NCBI RefSeq assembly: GCF_947568905.1
Contig: NC_079164.1
Coordinates: 18,042,001 to 18,106,000, forward strand
Length of the DNA: 64,000 nt
Reading direction: 5' to 3'
Origin: Ostrea edulis
Taxonomy: Eukaryota
In this document: positions 52,301-64,000 of the stretch, one piece after another
Numbering within the stretch: position 1 is the stretch's first letter
How the letters are laid out: each line of letters begins with the position of its first letter
Program-made: the position numbers and the translations under genes
The notes under the pieces: model-generated
The model's database searches: none
Seen by the model: only the letters and a program-made list of their open reading frames with translations
Told to the model about the DNA's origin: nothing

Positions 52301-54821
52301 GTAAGCTCCTTGTCATTTCGAAACAGTAAACAAATGACAATATTTTGAATCTTTACGAAATTCTGCCATTTAATGGTATTAAACTGGATAAAATTCCTCA
52401 TTAAATAAAACATTTATATTGTATGTACATGTAGATCTGAAGAACAACTGTTTGTGTGAAATACAAGTATGGTATACACTATACAGTAAAATATAAGTGT
52501 GTCATGTTAAGGTAGCCATTAAGATAAACCCCTTACTTTACAGATAAACCCCTTATTTTACAGATAAACCCCTTACTTTACAGATAAACCCTTACTTTAC
52601 AGATAAACCCTTACTTTACAGATAAACTCCTTACTTTACAGATAAACCCTTACTTTACAGATAAACCCCTTACTTTACAGATAAACCCTTACTTTACAGA
52701 TAAACTCCTTACTTTACAGATAAATCCTTACTTTACAGATAAACCCCTTACTTTACAGATAAACCCCTTACTTTACAGATAAACCCCTTACTTTACAGAT
52801 AAACCCTTACTTTACAGATAAACCCTTGCTTTACAGATAAACTCCTTACTTTACAGATAAACCCTTGCTTTACAGATAAACTCCTTACTTTACAGATAAA
52901 CCCTTACTTTACAGATAAATCCCTTACTTTACAGATAAATCCTTACCTTACAGAAAAAACCCTTACCTTACAAGCCAGCTTGATGGGATCTTTATAGTCA
53001 TCCTGACAAATGGGGCAGTTTTCCCCACATTGGTTGATTTCGGAAGATGTAGGCCGAGTTCCATAGGACTGAAATAAAGTCACATGCACAAAACATTAAC
53101 TCCAAAAGAGTGTCTCCAAAGCATTATACAGGTAAATACATACTGGAAATCCATCAACTGAACCTAAATACAGTGAAACTCGAATATAGTGAACAAGGTC
53201 AAAGTTACAGCTATAGCAAAGTTAAACTGATTTCCCAGACAAATTCTTTATCTATTCTACATAAAAATTATTCATACATAATGCAATCTGATTAAAATCC
53301 ACTTACGTAAATCGCTATAGTAGGATCTGATGTAACCCCATATAGGGTACACAGTGTAGTATAATGATCTACATGAGCGGATCATAGGATTTGCTTTTAA
53401 TCAGATTGTCCATAACAAACCTGGATGTTGCAAAATTACGCATATAACGAATAAATTCCTCTTCCTCTTGAATTAAAAATGAACATAGAAATCAACTTCT
53501 AAAATGAAGTTTTTTTTTATTTTGAAACTCATTGTGACTTTCTAAATTTGTTTTCTTTTGTCATATGATCCACACTTGCCTGGTATTACAAATTTTCTGC
53601 TTGTATTTTTTCAAAAGGGGTTGTTGACGCAAAACACTACTTTATGATAAATATACGTTTAGCAAATGTATTGCCGGTATTGTTTACAATTCTCGTTAAT
53701 TAAACTTGCATGTTGAATTCATTTATTTTATTGAACACTCTTTATTTGTGCTTAATTAAAACACTTAATTCACATGGTCTGAGATAGCAGTGTGGTAGGT
53801 TCATTTTATTCTCACCCTGGCGATCCAGGTGACACACATTTTTTTTCCTTCTTTATTTTCTTGGAAAATGTTTTTTATAAAGCAATGAAAAAATAAAAAA
53901 AAAATTTAATGAAACATGTACAAGATCTTGATTTTGCAGATGATATTTGCCTCTTATCACACACACAGCAGGATATACAAAGTAAAACATCTGAATTGCA
54001 ATCTGAAGCATCAAAATTAGGACTGAAGATAAACTCTAAGAAAACAAAGATAATGGCAGTTAATCCAAAGAACAGAAATACCATCAAGTTAAATGATACT
54101 GATTTAGAGCAAGTTGAAAACTTTTGCTATCTTGGAAGCACGCTAGCGAATAATGGTGACATTGGAACAGAAGTTAAGATCAGAATAGGAAAGGCAGCGA
54201 CAGCATTTAAAAGGCTTGATAACATCTGGAAAGCTAGAAGAATTGCAAAGGAAACCAAGATCAAACTATATAATAGTAATGTAAGAACTGTATTACTCTA
54301 TGGAAGTGAAACATGGAAGACAAACAAATTAATAGAATAAAAATTAAGAGGATTTGAAGGGAGATGTCTCAGAAAAATTCTTAAAGTACAATGGCCACAA
54401 ATAATTTCAAACAAAGAAGTAGAGGAAAGAACTGGAGTTGGAGACATCAATACAGAAATTAAACGGCGACGATGGAGGTGGATAGGGCATGTCCTGAGAA
54501 TGGAAAACAACAGACATCCAAAAATAGGCTTTAGATGGACACCACAAGGGCAAAGAAAATGAGGAAGACCTAAAGGAACTTGGAGAAGAACTGTAGAAGC
54601 AGAAATGAAAACAATTGGAATAACAATGAGAGAGGCGGAAAGAAAGGCACAAGACAGAGGCAGATGGCGAGCAGCTGTGGAAGCCTTATGCACTGATCAG
54701 TGTGAAGAGGACTAAGTAAGTAAGTTAGTTCATTGTATTTTTATTCCGTAAACTGGAAAAAAACAAACATCTGTGGACCAATGGTTTTCGAGTCATCTTT
54801 AGTTTTTGTATTTCAATCAAT

Positions 54822-54853
<32 letters not shown>

Positions 54854-57800
54854 AAGGGAAAGAAATAAAGCTTGCCAGAATGAAAATGCTCTAATACTTT
54901 TTGTGTACAAAATTTTCAGGCTGTCCTTCTCACTATAAAAACAAATAATGAAGGTGTAAATTGGATCAATCTTTATTCTCTCCAATGGTCATCATACGGA
55001 AATATTGGTGTCTGTTTAATGCTGACTCCTTTACGTTAGAGACAATGTTTTCGATCTCTACCTATTTTGGCACGACTTTCCCTTAATTGTTCTTAATTAA
55101 ACCACCAAAATTAGATAATTCCCAATAGCCCTTAGTCTATAGATGGTTTGTTCATTTAGCAAATAAAGATAAGAGGAATACTTTAAGAGTTATCCGTCAT
55201 TACTCAATGCCAACTGCTTCATTCTGTCATTGCTTTTTTTCTTTCTTTTTTTTTAACCTTTTTTCATTCCACAGTCTATGCGAAAGACATCGGACCGTCG
55301 GACCTGACCGATGTGCAGTGCCAAAGGTCCGATGTGTCATTTTTTACACTGGACCGGTATGTCCGATGTCTCACTGTCCGTGTTTTGAGCTTTACTATTT
55401 TGACGCGGAGTCATTTAAATGTTTGTTATAAGTAAAAACTATCACACAAATCCAAATACGTAAATGAATATGATTAAAACCGCATGGACCGTCTAAAGTA
55501 TTATGCGGGAAGGATCCTTGGTATAGTATTACTGGTATAATAAATAAGATTTCCTTGGTTTTGCATTTTCATGTGTTTCACTTTTATACATTAGGTTTTT
55601 CGGTCTGACAAAATTTGGTTCGGTCCGGTGTGTTCATTGATTACACAGGACCGAATGTCCTGTGTTGTCAAAAAAACTTTCGCATAGACTGCATTCCAGG
55701 ACCCTTTATAAATATTTTTTGTCATATTGACTTATAAAACTATATAAATCATGATGGCCCTTGCTCCAGAAATGTTAAAAATGAAAATAATATTGTACAT
55801 GTATATCACTTGAGATATTGACCCTTTTTTTTTTTTTACATTCACAACTCCATATTGGCGTTTAGAACTGCTGAAGAAATTTGGAGACAAGAAAAACGTT
55901 CCCAATACTTTTCCCCCCGCAGCTGTGTGATATCGAGAAATTTTTCAACTTCAGGCCATACACGTACTTGCGTGATCGACAGCAATCTTATAATTCCATT
56001 AAGTAATCCACCAAAATAAATTGTGTATATTTCTTATACGAAAATATTTTTTCTTGGAAATAGAGGCTTTAATTTCTGTTAGATATAATGCAAACGCATG
56101 GATATCGAATGCTACATGTACAGTGTACTTTCTTTTACAACTGTATACATTTAGAACAAGTACGAATTCAGCGAATTATGCTTGTAGCAAATTCTTATAG
56201 AATGTCCACAGAAATTTGCTATATCAGAGTTATACTGTAATGTAACACTTCATTTCATTATTTGGTCATATCCCCACCATCATACAAACTTTTACAAAAA
56301 TGAAATAACACTTACCACATCTGACATTAAGCTCTTGAAGGATTTGCCTACTTCAAATACTTTTGCTAATACTTGGAAAATCTGCAAAGAAATCAAACAT
56401 CATCAAACAGGTTTATCTCAATTTGATCTCAGCAAAACAATAGATCTACATAGAATAGGTATTTTCCAGCGAACTCGTATCTCATGAAATTTTTGATTGC
56501 TTAACTAACTTGAGTGATGAATTACATAACTGGTAAAAGAAAACACAAGTGCTTGCAAATCCATTCATGAAACTTCTTACTAATGAGAATGTCACATGCT
56601 CTGTACAGATGTTTATAAGCTCCTGTGGCTCTACACAGAGAAGACATGTGTAAACTGATTCTCAAAGTTAATAGCTTGCTGGTCTTCATAAATTGTGAAG
56701 GATGACTGGAGAGATTGTAAAATAAACCTGCAATTTACTGTGTAACTTTTATGTGTATTAGGTTCAAAAGTTGCAGGTATATTTTCTCTGCTCTTTTACA
56801 TTACTAGCTCAAAGTATCCCACACATACTAAGGGGCAAGATCAAAACTTCAATGTCTGACAAAAAACTGAATTCACATAGTTTTCACCAAGACCCCCATT
56901 TAAAACTAAATATGATGAATGTTGAAACTAATCAATTAACAAAAACATACATTTATAAATAACACTGTACACCTTTTCTACTGTTTATTCACAAATGAAA
57001 GTGTACATTAAAACTATTAAATGTTCATTAAAATGTAAGATTAAGTGGTTTTCAATAGTTGTTTGTTTTTTCTTTTCTTTTTTCACTAAGGTGTAACTGA
57101 TTTCAGATAACAGAAACTTACTGGAGATGTTATCCCCCTCTCCCTAACTATTTGAATTTAGATTTTTATCCGACATCGATATTTTGATCTCGCCCCTTAT
57201 ATTCATCTACTATATACATGTATCTGCTATAAAACAGCCTAATACGGTTAAAAAAGTGTGTTTTATGGCAGGACTCAAATGTACATAATTATGTACATAT
57301 GTATAATACAGAATTATGCCAAGATAAGAACAATCTGATTAAAATCAGATCCTTTGATCTACTCAAGTAGATGGTCTTATGTAACGATCTAGATGAGCGG
57401 ATCAAAGGATTTGATTTAAATTGGACTGGAGATCGAAGTCATTACCAGTAATCTAAAATATGGAAATATATCATGTATGGAACGCAAAGTATTTGGTAGT
57501 GCATCGTAAATTCTATATGTACTAGTACTACAGGTCTGAAGGTACGAGTCTCACAAACACTTGACCTGGACTAAGTCAATCTATATGCACAGAAAAAAAT
57601 GGATGTGGGTTAATACAATCTAGAGTACACACAATGTTAAGCTGAATGCCATAATCCGAGTCAATATAGCTTTATTGACCCATTGTAATCATTCCCCATC
57701 AGTCAATGTATGACATGCTTAGAAATTAAACATATCAAAATTTTTACCAGAAACTACAAGGTCAATTTTAAACCAAAATGAACTAAAATTGGTATGAAGC

Positions 57801-60333
57801 ATCTCTGCCAGTTGCGGTGTACACAAACTCTGTGTACTTAATGAGAATTAGTTTTAACAAATTCTACACTTGCAATGGGACTAAAGTTATTTATCTCCGA
57901 GTTTGTTTTTCTGAATCAGATGACTCTTTTGATATTTGCAGATATCACCTCCCATCTATTGACCGACTTTACTGTACACACAAATTGTAGGGACAATAAA
58001 CTGAATTTATACTTCACTTACCTTCAAAAGAAAATACAATGTCACAAGTATGATGCCCAGCACCCACCCCTGATCATCAAACAGGAAGTGGAACCAAGGA
58101 ACTATGGGAGTCAACACTCGGTACAGTTGCATTACATTCTCTACTACCATGTAGATCTTTCCCTGAAATCAAACACAGTAACATAAAGAAGTCCCAGAGA
58201 GTGGTGATGATAACTTGAACAGGGATATATCAAATATGTTAAGCTGAAGCAATTTCACTCCTGACAGTTAGTATACGCAAAAACTACACAAATTTGCACA
58301 TTTCATATTGTGCTAATTAAATTCATAATTGTGCTGGAAATTGTGCTAAATACTAAAAGCTGTATGATTTATTTTCTCCACATTCTGATATGTACTACAT
58401 ACCCTTCTTTTCTGACCAAATGGCAAAAGAGACAATAATGCCTTGATTATAATGGTAGAGAATTTTAGGATGAAGTCTGTGACCAAAACCATCCATAGAT
58501 AGTCCCAGAATGTGGGGGCCGCCAGGACAGGCAGGTGGAACTGCAATCTAGGAATAAAAAACAACCGAAATCGTCAACGTTGTGACACGGTCTTCACATT
58601 CTTGTAAGTACATAGATAGTCCCAGAATGTGGGGGCCGCCAGGACAGGCAGGTGGAACTGCAATCTAGGAATAAAAAACAACCGAAATCGTCAACGTTGT
58701 GACACCGTCTTCACATAATTGTAAGTACACAGAAAAGACCATGAACATACATGCATGGATGGACAATTTGAGTACTTACTCCACTAATTGCTGATAAAAG
58801 AATTCAAAAGATACGATGTTAAATGAGCACCATCAATGGTCATGGCGCAGATTTAGCAGCATGATATGGTTGTGTTAATCTGCCTGCTACATTTATATCA
58901 TTCAACTTATTGCAAACCTTCCTTGATAAACAGACTTACACATTCCAGAGTGATTCCTCTTTAAAAGCGTAGAAGAGAACAGCTATATTTGCTGACAGGA
59001 ATGTAACAATCCACATGAAAGACAGAATTTGTCCCCGACAGGATGCATTCTGTTAAAAAGAGGAAAGCATTCATTAAGAAATAATGTTATAGATATGTAC
59101 ATTGACATTTATATTTCCAAGAATTCACCACGCCTGGCTATTTCATATCAGATCTGATGCAACAATTTCTTTCCATCTTTTGTATAGCTTCTAACACATT
59201 TACCAATAGTTCTATACTGTGTGACTTTACGTTGTAAATAAAGATACAACGTTATTCAAAGTTTATTTATTAATGATTTAATAAAAAGTTTTTTTGTAAT
59301 ACACCGTATGAGTAGAATTTTTAGCGAGGATTTAATTTTGGCATTACTAGCGACAGTGTTGAGATCACTAAAATTGAATATCGCTAATATCTACTCCATA
59401 TTGAAGGTAATGGCTATATCTTTCTTGGAATTATAAAGTTGCTAAAATTAGCTCTCGCTAAATATATATACCCATAATTTATGGACAAATCGTTAAATTT
59501 GCGTCTCGCTAAAAAAGTCTACTTATACGGTATGTAATAAGTAAAGAGATGGTCCTACTCGAAGAGATGCCTGGTGTACTACTTTCTGCATTGACATATT
59601 GGCATAGACATGTGTTCCAAACATTGCCAGAAAAACAAAGAATCCTGAAATAATACAAGAATAACAGATTTAAGGGTTAAAACGGTCTTTGTTATGAAAT
59701 TGCATCAGCTGATGTATTAGCAACATGTAAATAAGAGCTCTGAAATACATTGTACATGTATTACTTTCATCCACGAAAAACAATAAATTTATAAAAATGT
59801 TTCATATACAATTGCTCAATGTAATTACAAACCATTGTTGAAAACTATTCCTTACCAAGGAAATGTTGAGAAAGCAGTTTCAGAGAAATTATCAATAGAA
59901 AACCACCAGAGTTCAGAATAATGCTCTTGATGCTAAAACGAGCTGATGGACTGTCATGTGAGTGACCATGCTCCTCTCCCTCACCATGACCAGCTAATCC
60001 ATTCTGGTTTTCATCATGAAAAAAACTACCAGGCAACTGGAAATGTTCATGAGACATTGAATCTGGGCTCATCCCTCCTGTTCCTGAAGAGAACTCGTTG
60101 TTAGTATCAACATCTACAACTACTGAGGATTCGTGGGTCGGCTCGGGATGGTGGTCTCTGGAGTTCAGTCGGTTAAGTATGGCGCGATGGTGTGTGCTGG
60201 GACCCATTATGTGGGGAACAAACCCAGACACTGCCTGCCCAACTCTCGGAATGTGGTCTTGTAGATTGGATGTCATGTTAAGATGCCAAGCATTCTCGGG
60301 CAAATCTGTTACTGGGCTTGTCTGGTCAGCCAT
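49352..60333 (-). CDS. RNFT1/RNFT2: RING finger and transmembrane domain-containing protein (RNFT1/RNFT2 family), 420 aa; coding exons 59856-60333, 59559-59644, 58940-59049, 58403-58547, 58022-58162, 56316-56381, 52967-53068, 49352-49486
   Basis: Phase-consistent GT-AG model (1263 nt); [67 protein letters not shown]; C-terminal WKDGSTS; paralog not resolvable by eye. Confidence 0.9.
49805..51757 (-). mobile_element. Helentron-type non-autonomous element containing a 128-bp satellite array (about 10 copies)
   Basis: Subterminal GCTCTTCTGA / TCAGAAGAGC; terminal hairpin TAGCTCTTTGAGCC-TTC-GGCTCAGAAGAGCTA; AACAAGAGGCCCAAGGGCCT end; GTAGGTCAAGGTGAC at 50177, 50305, 50433. Confidence 0.8.
51809..51864. 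mobile_element. 56-bp micro-MITE, CATCTTCAC termini, 9-bp TSD
   Basis: 15-bp arms CATCTTCACTAGCCA; TSD TTG(T/C)CCCAT at 51800-51808 and 51865-51873. Confidence 0.75.
52522..52972 (-). repeat. 19-20-bp tandem array (about 23 copies) amplified from the RNFT exon 7 donor junction
   Basis: On -: TGTAAG|GTAAGG (true donor at 52967), then TCTGTAA(G/A)GTAAGGGGTTTA repeated. Confidence 0.92.
53284..53408. mobile_element. Micro-MITE, CAATC-terminal family
   Basis: CAATCTGATTAAAATCC ... GGATTTGCTTTTAATCAGATTG. Confidence 0.6.
53909..54725 (+). mobile_element. 5'-truncated RTE-clade LINE remnant (RT C-terminus + 3' tail)
   Basis: LDFADDICLLS, GLKINSKKTK, FCYLGS, LLYGSETW, RWRWIGHVLRM, GRPKGTW; internal stops; tail GAGGAC(TAAG)n; antisense in an RNFT intron. 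Confidence 0.88.
55272..55691. mobile_element. 420-bp MITE with 15-bp TIR and 7-bp TSD (P/hAT-like)
   Basis: CAGTCTATGCGAAAG / CTTTCGCATAGACTG; CATTCCA on both flanks. Confidence 0.8.
57331..57429. mobile_element. Micro-MITE, CAATC-terminal family
   Basis: CAATCTGATTAAAATCAGATCCTTTGATC ... GATCAAAGGATTTGATTTAAATTGGACTG. Confidence 0.65.
58494..58729 (-). repeat. 117-bp tandem duplication spanning the RNFT intron 3 / exon 4 acceptor
   Basis: 58494-58610 and 58611-58727 nearly identical; acceptor TTTTTTATTCCTAG|ATTGCAG at 58548 and 58665. Confidence 0.93.
59302..59532. mobile_element. ~230-bp MITE (Tc1/mariner-like)
   Basis: (C)ACCGTATGAGTAGAATTTTTAGCGAG / CTCGCTAAAAAAGTCTACTTATACGGTA. Confidence 0.7.
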
Positions 60334-61020
60334 TTTTCAATATATAAATGTAACATTCCAACTTCTTCAGCTCAATTTCTGAAACATGAAATCAAAACAT
60401 TAATCTTTTTGTGCATTTATAGGTATCATTAGTAAATGTGTTGCGGATAGCCATTGTTTTGGCTAGTGTTGTATGCTCTGAACAGTGACAGAATTTGATT
60501 CTTTATATTTGAGCATTCTTTTTTTTTTATATAATGCAGATCTTTTCAGTTCATATTTCATATGACATCTTGACTGTGACCAAACAAGAAGATTACATCT
60601 TTTATATCTAAAAGATGATGGTCAAAGAAAAGTTGTTGAAAGATAGACAAACAGCATGAAAACCAAAATAGCAACCCCCCCCCCCCCCCCAAAAAAAATG
60701 CTTCCAAGTCTTGACTTTGATTTTGAGGTCATAAAATCCTTGAAGTGAAATTGAACCCACTTGTCAAGTTTCTGAGCTTTTTATGAATCTTTACCAGCTA
60801 AAAGTTATATAATCACCATGAATAAAGTATTGCTACATTGTTGTAAAATGCACATGATCTATAGGCCTGATATAGTCCAAAGTAAATTCACCTTTAGTCA
60901 CAGTGGAAGGATTAATCCAATAGAGTTGAAACTAGGGTGCATATCAAAAAGGAAATTTATTTCATAATGCGATTTCTCAACCAAACTAATGAAGATGATT
61001 TCACATATGGCATGATTTAA

Positions 61021-61487
61021 CACTTTTACAGGTTGGGAACACTTCCCCTATAGCGAGATCTTCTCACTAAAACACGATTTAAAAAGCAAACATTTAGGAT
61101 AAACAGGTGGTTTGGTATTTTGATGGAAAATAATGGCAAATTCCATGCAATGCTGAATAAGTGTGACACACTCTCAACATGACGTGCATTGTTCCTATAA
61201 AATTGGCAACACAGTAGAGAAATTTCATAACAAGACAACGTTGCTGCATAAGAGGGAAGGAGGCTGAAATCCAATGCACATCGTGAGTGTTTTGATTTAT
61301 ATATTTGCAGAAGTATCAGACATTTTAGCACTTTTTCTTCTTTTCATGTGAGACATGAAGAGATGTACTCCATAGGTGTTTTTCTCGGTTGTGCAGAAAA
61401 TAATTACTCTCGCTAAAGAGGGATAATCACGTTTTCGCAAGTGAATATCTCGCTGTAGGGGAAGTGTTCCCAACCTGTTAAAAAGTG
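61021..61487. mobile_element. ~470-bp MITE with ~45-bp TIRs
   Basis: CACTTTTACAGGTTGGGAACACTTCCCCTATAGCGAGAT / ATCTCGCTGTAGGGGAAGTGTTCCCAACCTGTTAAAAAGTG. Confidence 0.8.
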
Positions 61488-61599
61488 AAATACAAGGATA
61501 CATGCACAGGGTTTTGACAGAATCGGAGCAAACTTGTGTATTAGTGTTGGGTATTGTGAGTGAAAACAATATTGCGATATTTCATTTGAAAAAAATTTG

Positions 61600-62118
61600 A
61601 GTATGTTCCCATTGCAAAACAAGCCCAAAATGTTTCCACATATCAGCTTTAGCTTTTGTGTTCTTCACGACTTCATATTCCGCCATACTTGCAAATTTAA
61701 AACCAAAGCGGACGCCATTTCCCGGGAAAATATTTGTTATTATCACAATAATTGATGAATACAGTTCATATAGATGTGAATAAGTACATTAATTTTATTC
61801 TTTAAATCTCAATAAATTATTAGTGGCCTCAAAATCATTCCCACTTATTGTTAACAGGTAAATGGACGTTTCGCCAGGATATATATACATCCCAGGTTCT
61901 ATTGGTTTAGTGATCTTATTTCGTATCCTGTGATTTTCTAAGGTTGGGATTAGACATTTCGGATGTATTTCAGTTCGGTTTCATAAAGATTTTAAATGTT
62001 TTAGCGAGTTATTCTTATGTATTAAGATATATCGTTAATACCGGTATCCGATGTTGATATCACGATATATTATCGCCATGAGAAATATTGCAATATACGA
62101 TAATATCGCACACCCCTA
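61600..62118 (-). mobile_element. Possible truncated hAT-like element end with the start of a BED-finger-like ORF
   Basis: TAGGGGTGTGCGATATTATCG end with ATCG-rich subterminal repeats; MAEYEVVKNTKAKADMWKHFGL; second end not found. Confidence 0.35.
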
Positions 62119-62151
62119 TTGTGTATATATAGTATAATATATCCTATTCAC

Positions 62152-62411
62152 AGGAGTCGGCAGTTTTACCTGTAAAGGTCTACAATATAAAGAACAACCA
62201 CTGAGCTTTGCAAAGCTCAGTGGTTGTTGTTTACATTGTAGACCTTTACAGATAAAACTGCCGACTCCTCTCAAAGGATTTTGACACAGTCTGAGCAAAC
62301 TGGCATTTATATATATTACAGTATATACCAGTTTGCTCAGATTGTGTCAAAACCCTGTGGATACACGTATATATTCTCTTTACAGAGGTGGACAGGCATA
62401 TGCCTATTCAC
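62152..62411. repeat. Cluster of three adjacent hairpins
   Basis: 62152-62269 (118-bp near-perfect palindrome), ~62275-62357 (29-bp arms), 62388-62411. Confidence 0.85.
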
Positions 62412-63052
62412 TTCTCCAAACTAGAGACTACTTCTACCAGTTAGTGGTCTCCGTCATCTGGTTGACTGTTCTGTCACGTTGGAGTGTGCGCACATTAAAA
62501 AAAAAAAGAGAGCGATTTTAAAATTTCAATTATTTCCAATTAAAAACAGTTATTGGCCTCATGATTTTGTAACCGAGTCTTGAAGGCGTCAAAACTCGGC
62601 GCCAGCACAGTTGAGGTGAGCAAGATATTTCACTTTTTCGTCTTTGATGGTACGAGGGTAAAACGACTAGACACATGTAGGTACATTGTTTCATAATATA
62701 AGCAGCATTGTCTTTGATTCAAATTAACACAGCTTTAAAGTTGTGTGTCATGGTAACGAATATCTTGTTTACCTTCAAATGTCAGATGTGTTGACGTGCA
62801 TGTACTTCTTAAAACTAAAGTGATGTATTTGCTATTTTTAATCAATACAGAGTCATAATATAGTTATTTTCGAATCTATGAAAATATGTATGATTCAGCA
62901 AAAATACAAGATGAAAGATTATGAAAACATAATTACGAAATCATTGATATTTAATTTTTTTTCTTTTTTAAATTACATGAATAAGCGACAATATTGATAC
63001 GAAACTACAAAATTGCATTGCATTATTTGTTGTGGAGAATGGTCACCGTACG

Positions 63053-63148
63053 ATGTTGTGGAGAACTCGTCACTTAAAACGGCGACTTGTTTTGATTTTG
63101 TGTTTGGGAGGCAGTTTTATATTTTTCTTATCTAACAAAATAGCAAAG
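63053..63148 (+). CDS. Possible first coding exon of a type II membrane protein
   Basis: MLWRTRHLKRRLVLILCLGGSFIFFLSNKIAK followed by AAG|GTTTGT; basic stretch then hydrophobic segment; no downstream exon identified. Confidence 0.3.
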
Positions 63149-63739
63149 GTTTGTAGTCCATTACATTTTTTGGCGAATATAGCAAAGAAAATGGAAAAGG
63201 AATATGTAGTTCGAATTTTCTCAGATTTTTATTTTATTGTTTGCAAGAGATTGCGTATTCGGCCCGCAGAAGTTTTGACATGGCTTTAATCAAGTTTGGT
63301 CTTCAATAGATTTTTAGATGTTTAGGTAATTTAGAAGTAACGTGGGTATACTGAATACCAGTAAAATACTGAAGCTCAGAGGGATCTAGTTTTTGTTCGA
63401 AAAGTTCAGATCGAAGAGTAAAGACCTGATGGAAAGTTAATTCAGGTCACTGAATTTTTAGTAATTTGTTCTTGTCATCTATATAGCGAAATTAAATACA
63501 ATTTAATGTCCATTTAGGTTTGTTTAATTAAAAGAATCTGATGCACATTCAGAGTTCTTGAAATTTCTTTTGAAGTGTCAGACATTTGGTCTGACACTGT
63601 TAGAAATAGTGTCAGCCCAAACAAAATTTTGTCAGTCCAGAAAAAAATGCATCGCTTTTGAGGTTTTTATAAATTTTATTTAAAATCAACTACATGTGTA
63701 ATTGTATTCAATCTCCATCTCAGCTATAAGTTCATAAAT

Positions 63740-64000
63740 GATCTTTTCATACCATTTCTCATCTTCCCTACACTCTGAATGAATCTTCCTCACTTTCACT
63801 ATCTGAGTCACTCTCTTGCTCTATTTCTCTCTCACCCTCCACTTCTCTCTCATCCTCCATTTTTCTCTCTATCCTGTACATTCCTCTCAACTTCTTCCTC
63901 ATCTTCCTCTGCAATCGTTGTAACTACTCTTTCTCTCACTTTTGCCCGGGTGTAGTTGGTCTTTCGTCAGTTTTGACTTTGAGCAGATTGTGTCACCAGA
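63740..64000 (-). pseudogene. Frameshifted acidic ORF tail, possibly a decayed transposase C-terminus
   Basis: EEDEEEVER.. and EGEREIEQESDSDSESEED in different frames; TGTCAGAC-type subterminal repeats at ~63580-63640. Confidence 0.3.

Noticed and set aside
56578-56728. Possible extra RNFT exon (CAG|GT...|GTAAGA)
   Set aside because: The translation is not RNFT-like and the model is complete and in frame without it.

Overview
AT-rich eukaryotic genomic DNA. The repeat families and the B-box/NHL gene point to a bivalve mollusc, probably an oyster (inference). One 200-N assembly gap lies at 2647-2846. Genes rebuilt by hand from splice sites and translation: tRNA-His(GUG) (-); JMJD7 (+, 8 coding exons); an intronless RING-less B-box/coiled-coil/NHL TRIM-like gene (-); tektin-1 (+, 6 coding exons); FBXO21 (-, 12 coding exons); and an RNFT1/2-like RING/transmembrane gene (-, 8 coding exons). 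All four multi-exon models keep frame across their GT-AG junctions. Introns and intergenic DNA are dense in Helentron-type non-autonomous elements, SINEs, MITEs, an RTE LINE remnant and tandem arrays. Three things stand out. (1) A 2.8-kb fold-back Penelope-like retroelement (40650-43450, 8-bp TSD) whose two ~0.85-kb inverted arms each carry a complete type I hammerhead ribozyme, and whose RT frame appears to stop without a C-terminal GIY-YIG endonuclease. (2) Tandem arrays or duplications that have amplified real exon/intron junctions in tektin-1 and twice in RNFT, creating competing splice sites; in tektin-1 these form about 38 potential in-frame 30-nt micro-exons. (3) A 5'-truncated Ngaro-like tyrosine-recombinase + SGNH-hydrolase cassette bracketed by an apparently identical 176-bp duplication of host intron DNA.
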